A DNA stretch of 64,000 bases from Paramoeba atlantica (lineage: Eukaryota; Protista; Discosea): NCBI GenBank assembly GCA_977017575.1, contig CDRNVI010000147.1:1-64000 (forward strand), written 5' to 3'. The notes under the pieces are model-generated. The model was given only the letters and a program-made list of their open reading frames with translations. It did no database searches and was not told where the DNA came from. Positions 49,930 through 61,017 of the stretch are shown in pieces. Position numbers and translations under genes: made by a program. Numbering within the stretch: the stretch's first letter is position 1; the number at the start of each line of letters is the position of its first letter.

Positions 49930-50120
49930 TTTCAACTTGCAAAGGGCACAGTTGTAGGCAGAACTTCACGTAAGGGACAAGTTAAAATAAAGATTTCGTA
50001 CGGGCCAGAATCTGAGAGTGAAGGTCCAAGCGGTTTTCTTTACTTACCACAATCACACAAGATCAGAATCCGCAGTATTCGAGCAACAAAATTGCTGAAA
50101 GTTGAGATTCCAACTTTCTC
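49930..50120 (+). pseudogene. Fragment of the CRE-like N-terminal WGKG/GFLYLP domain
   Basis: KGTVVGRTSRKGQVKIKISYGP...GFLYLPQSHKIRIRSIRATKLLKVE aligns with 50701-50945. Confidence 0.8.
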
Positions 50121-50143
50121 AAACGCGGATGATATTGTATTGT

Positions 50144-53100
50144 ATTTCTGTACCTTGTTGTTGTTTTTTTATATATTTAATCGCTATGACACGCCTTGCT
50201 CGCGTAGATTCTCAGACGTCGAAAGGCTTAGGTGTGAAAACTGGTCGATCGAAAGTGAAATCAAGCGTACCAGAAAAGAAATACCAAAAGAACAAGGAGA
50301 AAAAGCACGTAGTCAATGACTTTTCGGGCGACAAATTTGGCGAGACCATTCCCCCCACCCCGACAAAGACGAGAATACCACGAATAAGAATCATCGGAAC
50401 AACTACTACCCCCACCCCGACAAAACCGAAGAAAACGCCACGAATCAGAATCATCGGAGGAGAGCCACTTTCAAAGATTTGGGCAGACCACGGGACTGAC
50501 CAGGCTACTCACCACCTGCGAAACGAGACCTCCGAAGAACCGACTGATAGGGGTGAAGTTGCCACTGGCGAACTACACGAATCTCATAAAAAAGATCTGC
50601 GTGACGAATGTGACGGGATGTCGTTAGACAGCGAGTGCGAAGCAGAGCGAGAGATGGCGACACGGAGCAGCAGCTCAAAGTCAGCAGACCATGTACACAA
50701 CGTTGTGTCTAAGTGGGGAAAAGGGACGGAATGTGTAATCGAATGGGGATTCCGACAGAATGCCGCAACATACACTTCAAAAGGTATCGTTGTCGGTCGA
50801 TCTGCTCGAAAAGGAAATGTGAAAATCAAGATATCCTACGAACCTGCTCCAGGGAACGAAGGCCCAAATGGTTTCCTTTATCTTCCTCAGTCCAACAAAA
50901 TCAAAATCTATAGTCTTCGAGCCACCAAACTGCTTAAAGTTGAGACGACAATAAGAAACTTGGAGGAACAGGCGGACAACATTTCTAGTGAAGATGGTCA
51001 AAGCGACCTCGAACCTCTTCCACCCATGGCGCAAATCGATCCATCCTTCTCAGTCCATGTCGTGGCTATCTTCCGCGCAATCATTCGAGGCTATTCCGCC
51101 GTGAAACTCGACTCTGAAAAAGCAGCAATATGGCATAAATTCCTGAACGCACCCCGAGATTCGCTGGCTACAGTTCGTCAAATGTCTCGACGGAAACAAA
51201 GTATAGGACACACACGCAAGACAGAGGAACTATCAACAGAATGCAATCTCAGTGCAGATGAACGCGAAGAACTGCAGGTCGACAGACGCTCGATAAGAAA
51301 CGCATTGACGACCGCCCGAGCTTCGAATCTGGGGAAAGCCACCCGCATCATTGACAACGTATATAGGGACTCTGTGCTTACAGCCGACGAAAAAGTTCAG
51401 AAATTGAAGGAGCTACATCCTGAGGGCCATGCCATTCAAATCCCGGAAACCGATTTTCCACGCATTGGCATAGTAGAGAAATCGGAACTTCGGCTAGCCG
51501 TCGACAAGTTAGCTCGGGGAGCTTCACCAGGACCAAGCGGGCTCAGCGAGAGTATGATGCGTTTACTTGGGGACGACGATGAATCAAGCCTCTCATTGTG
51601 CCACATGATTCGGGACGTTATCAACGGTGAAATTCCGCTATGTGTTCGGAAACGTCTCACTCGATGTCGAATAATTGCCCTTCCGAAGCCACAGAATGGG
51701 ATACGTCCAGTTGCCATGGGAGACACCATCCTTAAAATTTGTGGGTCTATACTACTTCAGCGACATGAATCTTCATTAAAAGCTTTCTTTGCGCCAATCC
51801 AACGAGGAGTGTTGTGTAAGAATGCCTGCGAATCAATCATTCATGAGTTGCTACAAGAATACGAAGATGGACATGCGTTGCTCGCGGTCGATTTCAGCAA
51901 CGCCTACAATACGCCACGGCGCGATACCATTGCACAGGCCCTGACGGAAAACTCCATATTCAAACCTTTCATGCGATTGTTCTATTTGGAATATGGGCTT
52001 CCGTCAGAGTTACTCTTTTTCGCGCACAACTCTCTTTTCGCAACCATTGAAAGCACATCTGGTATTCGTCAGGGCTCCGCTCTATCTTCCATGTATTTTT
52101 GCGCACTTTTACAAGCCCCACTTCGAGAAGTCGCAAGTCTATACCCTGATGTCAAAATTCGGGCATACCAAGATGACGTGACCCTGAGTTCAAAAAATGT
52201 GCAATCGCTCGAGGCAGCTTTCCTCCATTTACGCGAAATCACTGGAGAGCTCAATCTGCATGTTAAGTTTCAAAAGTGCGAATGGTTCCAGAAAGATACT
52301 CCACGAACCGATGTACCCTTGCCGCTGGAACAACTAGGTGTCAACTTCCGTACCGATGCAATAAAAATTCTTGGAGCTTACATCGGCGCAGATGAAGTTG
52401 TAGAGAATCTTCTCCTGCAGAAAATGGAAAAACACAAATGCCTCTTTCGTCGCCTTTTGCTCATGGGTCCAAGTAACCTATCTCTCGCCATTCTGCGAAG
52501 ATGCACAATCCCGCGACAAGATTACCATTTGCGAGTCCATCGACCAAATGCCACCCTCCGGCTTGCACAATCTTTTGAAACACAGGTTCATAGAGTTTTA
52601 CAAAAATGGTGCGGTGCCGACGAAAATGCACTCAAACTCGCAGCACTTCCTCAAAAACTTGGTGGATTAGGTCTGATTTCTTCCACTCTGAAGCAGAAAT
52701 TTTGTTTTGAATCTGCCCGAACATCTATCGAAGAGCAATTTAAACCCATTTACGCTCCGGTAGATATTACAGGCGGAGTCAAGGCAATAGAAAAAGCTCA
52801 GAGCCGCGGAGAACTCTCGCAAAGGCTACTCAAAAAGAAAATAAGCAATGAACATGAAAAACAACTGGCAGAACTGCAGAAAAACACTGAGATTGAACAC
52901 ATCTTGAAGCGCACGAAGGAATCCAATTTTCATCTGGAAAGCACGAGTAACTATGTCAATCCCTACCTCTTTCGCTACACACTCAAGATGCGCTTGGGCA
53001 TCAGCCTGTCAAAAACACCTGCAAAGATTACATGCCCGGGTTGCTGCAGTCAAGAATCTCCTTCCAACATTATTCCTCACGTCGCAGGCTGTTCCCGTTG

Positions 53101-54095
53101 CTCTGGGATGAATTGTACGCGGAAACATTCCCACATTGTCCGCTATCTTGCAGAATTATGCTCCAAAGCAGGCCTGCCTTCCGTCATTGAACCGCGTATT
53201 CATTCATCATACTATTGTACCAAATGCAAATGCACCATCTCCGCGGAAGTGTCAGAACAACACCCGTGTAAAGCTCGACGAATACGTTCCGGCCCAGATA
53301 TTGCCATTATGTGGCCTCACATGGGCGAGGTCCTATACGATTTCACGGTCGTCCACACTTGCTGCACGAGCTACGTCAAACAGACCAGCAACGCTCTCTT
53401 ACAACAAGCAATCGACCGAAAGATCAAGAAATATGTCACTGAAAAAGGCGTTGATAGCGATTCTTTTCGATGTTTGGCCACTACAGACTGTGGCCTTCTG
53501 CACAGCGATACAAAAGCCCTTTTGAAAGCACTCGCTCACCGTGCCCAAGCGAATTATGAAAATGTACGTCATGCTCTTCAACTTGAAATCGAGAAGATGG
53601 GGGCATATACCGTAGTATCTCAACTGCGTGAATATATTCCGAAAGAAAACTGGATAGGAGGACTTCGGTTTTAGACACCCCAGAAGCCCAACTCAAATTT
53701 TTTATTATGGATATTCATATTGTTGTTGTTGGATATTCATATTATTTTCATTAATTATTATTTTCATTAATAGATCTTGTGAAGGTAATCGAAGCGTACA
53801 CGTAAAAAAACATAAAAGTATACGGATTGAAATTCAGGAGGGATTATATTTGAATAGGGATTCTGAACACTAGGAAATAAATGATGCTAAACCTGACTGA
53901 CACATGATGATGGTGAATTATCCAAACAAGTCATGGCTAGGCTTCGTCGCGCCAGACTCGTAAAAACATTGCTATCGTTATCCTTGTACGAGTTCTGTAA
54001 GTGAGGTTTGATTATGATTTCTTTTCTATATATGATTTACTATGTGTCCGGGCATTTTTATACAGGTTTTATTTTGTGTGACGTGTGTGCGGGCA

Positions 54096-54129
<34 letters not shown>

Positions 54130-54496
54130 TCCTGTTTCGCGACCGTGTCGCTGTCGACACAGGCCCGCGCCTGCGCCCTCCCATATAACAAGGGAAGGGT
54201 CCACAAGTCAGGCCGTGGTGAGGTCGAAAGACCCGGTCCGGAACGCGCGGATGGATTGGGCGTGGATTGCTTCCTTTTTTATTATTATTGTTATCAGAAT
54301 CATAAATAACTTAAGGCAGGTTGAATTACTAGTTTTGGGCTACAACATGTGAAATTGCTAATTTGATTGCTTGTTTACAAATCATATACCCCCCCCAATG
54401 GACCTTCATGGTTCATGTATTGGGTAATATAGAGGCAATGCCGCGTTTCATACTTCTCCCCCCTTATTAATCGCAAAAAAAAAAAAAAAAAAAAAA
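50144..54496 (+). mobile_element. Complete CRE-like retrotransposon insertion: truncated SL, ORF, 3' UTR, poly(A), transduced segment, poly(A)
   Basis: TSD ATATTGTATTGT at 50132-50143 and 54496-54507; SL remnant 50145-50160; A28 at 54099-54126; A22 at 54475-54496. Confidence 0.9.
50186..53674 (+). CDS. Intact CRE-like RT + REL polyprotein (1162 aa from the ATG after the SL remnant)
   Basis: VDFSNAYN, IRQGSALSS, AYQDDV; CPGCC...HVAGC, RKHSH, IEPR, SGPDI, YDFTVVH. The ORF-track start at 50102 runs through the flank and the SL. Confidence 0.9.
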   Translation: MTRLARVDSQTSKGLGVKTGRSKVKSSVPEKKYQKNKEKKHVVNDFSGDKFGETIPPTPTKTRIPRIRIIGTTTTPTPTKPKKTPRIRIIGGEPLSKIWADHGTDQATHHLRNETSEEPTDRGEVATGELHESHKKDLRDECDGMSLDSECEAEREMATRSSSSKSADHVHNVVSKWGKGTECVIEWGFRQNAATYTSKGIVVGRSARKGNVKIKISYEPAPGNEGPNGFLYLPQSNKIKIYSLRATKLLKVETTIRNLEEQADNISSEDGQSDLEPLPPMAQIDPSFSVHVVAIFRAIIRGYSAVKLDSEKAAIWHKFLNAPRDSLATVRQMSRRKQSIGHTRKTEELSTECNLSADEREELQVDRRSIRNALTTARASNLGKATRIIDNVYRDSVLTADEKVQKLKELHPEGHAIQIPETDFPRIGIVEKSELRLAVDKLARGASPGPSGLSESMMRLLGDDDESSLSLCHMIRDVINGEIPLCVRKRLTRCRIIALPKPQNGIRPVAMGDTILKICGSILLQRHESSLKAFFAPIQRGVLCKNACESIIHELLQEYEDGHALLAVDFSNAYNTPRRDTIAQALTENSIFKPFMRLFYLEYGLPSELLFFAHNSLFATIESTSGIRQGSALSSMYFCALLQAPLREVASLYPDVKIRAYQDDVTLSSKNVQSLEAAFLHLREITGELNLHVKFQKCEWFQKDTPRTDVPLPLEQLGVNFRTDAIKILGAYIGADEVVENLLLQKMEKHKCLFRRLLLMGPSNLSLAILRRCTIPRQDYHLRVHRPNATLRLAQSFETQVHRVLQKWCGADENALKLAALPQKLGGLGLISSTLKQKFCFESARTSIEEQFKPIYAPVDITGGVKAIEKAQSRGELSQRLLKKKISNEHEKQLAELQKNTEIEHILKRTKESNFHLESTSNYVNPYLFRYTLKMRLGISLSKTPAKITCPGCCSQESPSNIIPHVAGCSRCSGMNCTRKHSHIVRYLAELCSKAGLPSVIEPRIHSSYYCTKCKCTISAEVSEQHPCKARRIRSGPDIAIMWPHMGEVLYDFTVVHTCCTSYVKQTSNALLQQAIDRKIKKYVTEKGVDSDSFRCLATTDCGLLHSDTKALLKALAHRAQANYENVRHALQLEIEKMGAYTVVSQLREYIPKENWIGGLRF

Positions 54497-54543
54497 TATT
54501 GTATTGTTTGCTGCAACGAAACCTGAATTAAAAATCATGCTTA

Positions 54544-57151
54544 CTGTACCTTGTTGATTCATTTTAATTTTCTATTTTTCTACGCTTATGACACGCCTTT
54601 CTCGTACGTCTTCTCGTTTAGATTCCGAAAACACGCGGAAAAAGGGCAGCAGAACAACAGTGAACAACGGGAAGTCTCACGGGAGAGTTGAAAAACAACG
54701 TACTCAACGAGATCAAAGCAAGACGAACGGAATAAAGGTAGCAGAAGAATCAGGATCGCACACGGAGACACCAGTGAAGGTGAAGAAGACTCCAAAGATC
54801 AAGATAATAGGTTCCAAAACACTAGCCCCGAATTGGGCGGACCATGAGCCTCCGTGTGAAATCACATCGCGGAATCTAATCAAAATCAAAGCCAAGAACT
54901 TCCGCATCGGATCTACGAGTCAATCACACGAGAACATAGCCCATGACGAAAACCATATCCAAGAGGACCCAGCCAAAGAAATGTCCGAAACAGAAAGCGA
55001 GACCAGTGATACAATGTGTCTGGACGACGATGGATCGACGCAAGATCGAGTACAGGAGCTAATGACACAGGCCGGCAACAAATCGCCCGACCAAGTGTAC
55101 AACATCGTTTCCAAGTGGGGCAAGGGTACAGAATGTGTGATCGAATGGGGCTTCCGACAGAACACTACAAACTACAAGTCAAACGGCATCGTTGTAGGCA
55201 GGACCGTGCGAAAATCAACCGTGAAAGTCAAGATTTCATACGAGCCGGCTCTAGGTCACGATGGTCCATGCGGTTTTCTTTATCTTCCACCGTCCAATAA
55301 AATCAGAATCTGTAACCTCCAAGCCACTAAGTTATTCAAAATCGAGATGCCGACACAAAATTTGGAGGAACAAGCGGAGCACATCTCATGCGAAGACGGT
55401 CAGAGTGACCTTGATCCGCTCCCGCCTATGGCTCAAATAGGCCCATCTTTCGCGGTTCATGTTGTGGCGATTTTCCGTGCGATAATTCGGGGATATGCAG
55501 CGGCGGAGCTTGACTCAGAAAAAGAGGCGATATGGCACAAATTTTTGAATGCGCCTCGCGATTCACTTGCGACAGTACGTCAAGCAATTCGACGAAACCA
55601 AAAAGTAGCTCATGTTCGCAACGACCGAGAAAACTTGGAAGCTAGCAACTTGAGTGCGGAACAACGGGCGGAGTTAGAAATTGACAGGCGTTCGATCAGG
55701 CACGCCCTACAGACGGCGCGGGCAGGAAACCTTGGCAAAGCAACTCGGATCCTGGACAATGTCTACAAGGAATCAGCTCTCACTCCTGAAGAAAAAGTGC
55801 GAAAGCTTCAACAACTTCATCCTGAAGGCGACGCCATACGAATCCCGGAAGCAGACTTCCCACGGACTGGCGTTGTTGAGAAATCAGAGGTTCGCCTAGC
55901 GACCGAAAAATTATCCAGAGGCGCTTCACCAGGACCAACCGGCCTGAGTGAAAGCATGATGCGACTGCTCGTAGACGACGAAGAGTCATGTCTTTCACTT
56001 TGCCACATGCTTCGGGATGTCATCAACGGCGAAGTTCCTCTGAATGTGCGAAAACGTCTAACCCGATGCAGAATCATCGCGCTAGCGAAACCTCAAAATG
56101 GAATTCGACCTATTGCGATGGGGGATACCATTCTGAAGATTTGCGGTTCCATCCTTCTACAACGACATGAAAACGCTCTGCAAAATTTTTTCTCCCCAAT
56201 TCAACGAGGCATTTTGCAAAAAAACGCATGTGAGTCCATCGTTCACGAACTTTTAAATGAATACGAAGAAGGACATGCTCTCCTCACCGTCGATTTTAGC
56301 AACGCGTATAATACACCACAACGCAACGCCATTGCTGAGGCACTCCTTGGTAATCCCATTTTCAAGCCTTTCATGCGCCTATTCTACCTAGAATATGGGA
56401 TTCCCTCTGAGCTGCTATTTTTTGCGCACAATGCTCTGTTTGCTACCATCGAAAGCTCTTCAGGAATTCGCCAAGGATCGGAACTTTCATCAATGTACTT
56501 CTGCGCACTTTTGCAAGGCCCGCTACGAGAACTCATGCACCTCTATCCTGACGTGAAGATCCGAGCATACCAAGACGATGTGACTTTGAGCTCCAAAAAC
56601 GTGCAAGCATTGGAGGCAGCTTTCTTTTACCTGCGTGAGATCGCCGCAGAGATGAACCTCCGAATTAATTTCCAGAAATGCGATTGGTTTCAGAAGAACA
56701 TTCCCAACATAGCTCAGCCTCCTCCGTTGGAAAAACTTGGAGTAAACTTTTGCAGTGATGCGATAAAAGTCTTAGGCGCATACGTAGGTACAGACCAAGT
56801 CGTGGAAAATCTGCTGATCAAGAAAATGGAGAAACACAAGTGCCTATTCCGCAGGTTGTTGCTTATGGGTCCCAGTAATTTGTCTCTTGCCATTCTCCGC
56901 CGTTGTACGATTCCACGGCACGATTACCATCTACGAGTACATCGGCCAGGCGCTACTTTCCAACTAGCACAATCCTTCGAGAACCAAGTAAACAAAGTTC
57001 TAGAAAAGTGGAGTGGAGCAGACGCAAACGCCCTGAAACTCGCCGCTCTACCACAGAAACTCGGTGGCCTAGGCTTAATTTCCTCGACTCTGAAGCAGAA
57101 ACATTTCTTCGAAACTGCCAGCAAATCTATATCGGAAGACGGTCAGAGGAG
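54544..57151 (+). mobile_element. SL-headed CRE-like element, 3'-truncated after RT (no REL); ATG at 54588
   Basis: SL remnant CTGTACCTTGTTG at 54544-54556. RT motifs RQGSELSS and AYQDDV. Homology stops at KHFFETASK, where the next SL remnant begins. Confidence 0.87.
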
Positions 57152-60100
57152 GTTTCTGTACCTTGTTGCCTTGTTGAATTTTTACTACTTTGCTTTTCTT
57201 TCTTTTATGTCAGAACCTCCCCCGAGGGCGGCGCAAGGCACGCCGTCGCATCAGCAGCAGAACACTGCAGCAGTGAGGTCCACTGGCGTAAAGGAGCACA
57301 ACTTGAACTTTACGGAACAAGCGAATAGACACGAGATTGGATCATGGGACCAGTTTGAGGCAAACAAGAAACTCATCCAAGACGCTAGCACGTACGACGA
57401 CCTCATGTACACAACCCCCATTCCACAGCATATTCCCCTCAACTGGCAAAAGAAGATGGAACACAAAGCGCAAAGCATCGAGAAAAACCCAACGTCAGAC
57501 CACGGCCGCCACAACACGAAAGACGAGGAAACCGCTTTTGCCAGTGTTCGGAGAAATGAAATTCTACGAAGAAGTCAAACTGGAGAGTCATCCTTGAAAA
57601 TTAAGATCAGAAAAGAGACACGACTGAAGAAAACTCCGAAAAAGGTAAAAGTGATACTCCGTAGCTCTGATCTAACGAAGGCGAACCTCGGACAAGCGGA
57701 CATGTCACATGACGAAGGATCGGAGAGCTCATCTGCATCAGGATCAGACATCTCGGAGGACGATCGGGTGGCCGAGGTCGCCGAAGAAACAATGAAAGCT
57801 CCGGACCAAATACTAAAGATAATCAACGACTGGGGAAAAGGAACTACTTGCGAGCTACATTGGAAATTCCGCCACAGCAGTGAGATTTATCAGTCGATTG
57901 GAGAAGTTGTTACGCGACATTCTAGAAAAGGTGCAATCAGGGTAAAGATTTCCTACACACCGCAGCATCAGCCAGGTCCATCAGGATTTCTATATCTACC
58001 TGCATCTCACAAGATTAACATCTTCCGATTACGGGTGGTAAAGCTCAACCGTATTGTGACACAAACGCCATTTTTGGATATCGAAGAAACACAAGATTGT
58101 GACACGGGATGCGACTTGGAGCCTCTTCCCCCACTCGCCCACATCGACCCCACGTTTGCCGCTCACGTCATAGCAATCTTTAGATCAATCCTGCGAGGAT
58201 ATCCCACGCTCAAGCTTATAACAGAGAAAACATCCGTCTGGCACAAGTTTCTAAACGCACCCCGCGACTCACTCACCACTGTGCGACAAGCGATCCAGCG
58301 GAAGTATCATGTGCCAAACAAATTGCGCAACGAGGAGCCGGCGTTCTCCTCACCTGACGAGAAACTTGAACGTGAAGTCGACCGCCGATCAATCCGCAGT
58401 GCGCTTCGAACGGCTAGGGCTGGTAACCTAAGCAAAGCTACGCGTATCCTCGACAACGTATATTTTGACTCGAACCTTAGCGTTGAGGAGAAAGTAGCGG
58501 AGCTCAAGAGTCTACATCCCGATGGAGAGCGCCCACAAGCTCAGACGGACGCAGACCCCCGAACAGGAATCATCGAAAAACACGAACTTCGGGCCGCGAT
58601 AGAGAAACTGGCTCCGGGAGCTTCCCCGGGCCCTACGGGATTGAGTGAAGCCATGTTGCGCCTACTTGCGGATGACGAGGAATCCAGCACCGCGCTCTGC
58701 CATATGTTACGCGATGTAGTGAACGGGGAGATCGCATCGTCGGTGCGTGACAGACTGACACGATGTCGACTAATGGCCATCAACAAACCGCAGAACGGAA
58801 TACGACCGATTGCAATTGGGGAGACTCTATTGAAAGTATGTGGCTCGATCCTTCTAAACAGGAACGAAGAGAAACTGAAGAAATTTTTCCAGCCTGTCCA
58901 AAGAGGGATCCTCCAAAAGAATGCGTGCGAGGGAATTGTTCACGAGGTGCTCGATGAATATGACAAGGGACACGCCATCTTGGCGATCGATTATAAGAAT
59001 GCCTACAATACCCCCACGCGTCAAGCAATCTTCGAAGCACTCAAGAAAGACGGCATCTTCAAACCTTTCATGCGGATTTTTAATCTTGAGTACGGGGACT
59101 CGTCTGATCTGCTCTTCTTTGCCAATAACTCGCTCCATTCGATCGTGAAGAGCACTTCTGGCGTTCGACAGGGCTCAGCGCTTTCGTCACTATACTTCTG
59201 TGCCCTGATACAGGATTCGCTCAAAGAAATCGAAGAGTCCTTTCCAGATGTAACGGTTCGAGCGTACATGGACGACATAACCTTGTCATCAACAAATCCC
59301 CTATCCTTGCAGACCGCCTTTCTACACCTGCACGAATCTTCACGACTTCTGGGACTGGAAATGAACTTCCAGAAATGCGAATGGTTCAAGAAAACAGACA
59401 CTCCATGGACGCCCCAAACTCTGCAAGCGATGGGGGTAGCCTGCCCGCAAGAAACAGTGAAAATTCTAGGTGCATATATCGGACAGGACGAGATGGTAAG
59501 TGAATGCCTAAAGAAAAAGATGGACAAACACAAGTGTCTCTTTCGCCGTCTTCGACTCATGGGACCGAGCAACCTATCCCTCGCAATTCTGAATCGGTGC
59601 GCCATCCCCCGTCAAGACTATCACCTCCGAGTACACAAGCCCGAAGCATCCCTTGAAATCGCCCAGCAGTTCGACGCGGAAGTAGGCAGTATTATTCAGC
59701 ATTGGTTTAATGCAACGGGCCCTACTGCAAAACTCGCCACACTTCCGCAATATCTCGGCGGACTCGGACTTACTCCGTCATGTTTGAAGCAAAAGCACTT
59801 TTTCCAAGCGTCTCGCAAAGCCATTGAAGAGCAATCCAAAACCAATAACGCTCCGGTGGTCATAGCGGGATCCAAGCGAAACAGGGCTCTGAACGAACGT
59901 GACAGCCAGAAGAATGATACTTCCAAGCGATTAGTCATGAAAGCAATACGATCTGAACAAAAACGATTTGCAACCGAGCTGAGAAAGGACATGCGCCTCA
60001 AAGAACTAATGGAGCGAGGATCCGCAACATTTCACCACCTGCAATCAACCAGCAACTACATCAATCCGTACCTCTTCCGTTTCTGTATAATGATGCGCCT

Positions 60101-60779
60101 GGGAATAGTGCCAGAAAATATGCCTAAGAGTGTGGTATGCCCGGGATGCCTGACAGAATATTCTTCTGATACCATCTTCCAGCACATTCCTGGATGTACA
60201 CAATGCTGTGGGATAAATGCAACGAAGAAGCACACACGATTAGTCCGTTTCCTAGGTGAATTGTGTGCCAAAGCAGGGGTGCCCCATGTTATAGAACCTC
60301 GAGTACATTCATCATTCTTCTGCACCAAATGTAAGGCCACCATATCCGAAGAGCTCTCTGAACATCACCCATGCAGAGCAAGACGTATGCGATCAGGCCC
60401 TGATCTCGGTATCATGTGGTCCCATCTCGGAGAAATTCTCTACGATGTCACCGTAGTTCACAGTTGTGCCCCGAGCTATGCCAAAACCTCCGTCGAGCAG
60501 TTAATCCAAAATGCCCTTGAGCGCAAGCACAAAAAATACGTTGTACAAGGGGGCATACCGAAAGAAAGTTTCAGCTGCTTGGCAATGACCGAATTAGGAC
60601 AGTTGCACAACAACACGAAAACTCTCATTGTCTCGCTCGCACAACGGTCACAACAAAACGTGAAGGATGTCAAAGAAGCGTTCCAACTTGAAATAGAGAA
60701 GATGAACGCGTACACAATTGCCACGCAACTCCGACAATACTTTCCACCGATTCAGTGGCTCGGAGGACTTGAACACTAA
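57152..60779 (+). mobile_element. SL-headed CRE-like element with intact ORF 57207-60779 (RT + CCHC + REL)
   Basis: SL remnant 57152-57168 plus extra CCTTGTTG. IDYKNAYN, VRQGSALSS, AYMDDI; CPGC...HIPGC, SGPDL, YDVTVVH. The 3' end and TSD were not found. Confidence 0.88.
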
Positions 60780-61017
60780 TCTGAATTTCCTTTCACTTAC
60801 AACCTCTATTCGATTTGATAAAATTCCCCGTCATCTACGTTGATATCATCTCATGATCTAAGTTGATATTAACTTATTTCAGATAAAGAGCTCACGGAGA
60901 GTATTGCTGCTGTTAATGTCTGTACTTTTCTCAATATGCTTTACAATAGGAGGAACCAAGGAGTGAATTTTGTTTGTTTGGAGTGAATTTTGCTTGTTTT
61001 AATAGTTTACTCATTAT

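Noticed and set aside
48424-49969. Repetitive ORFs across the 177-bp satellite (also 29122-29511)
   Set aside because: Translations merely repeat the DNA unit on both strands and contain no domain motifs.
50102-50185. ORF-track starts at 50102 and 61893
   Set aside because: These upstream extensions run through flanking DNA and the SL remnant; the ATGs at 50186 and 61842 fit the SL-UTR-ATG pattern.
54588-60779. A single 2063-aa double-RT protein
   Set aside because: It is two elements joined in frame by chance. The SL remnant and T-rich UTR at 57152-57206 translate as FLYLVALLNFYYFAFLSF, and the second element has its own ATG at 57207.
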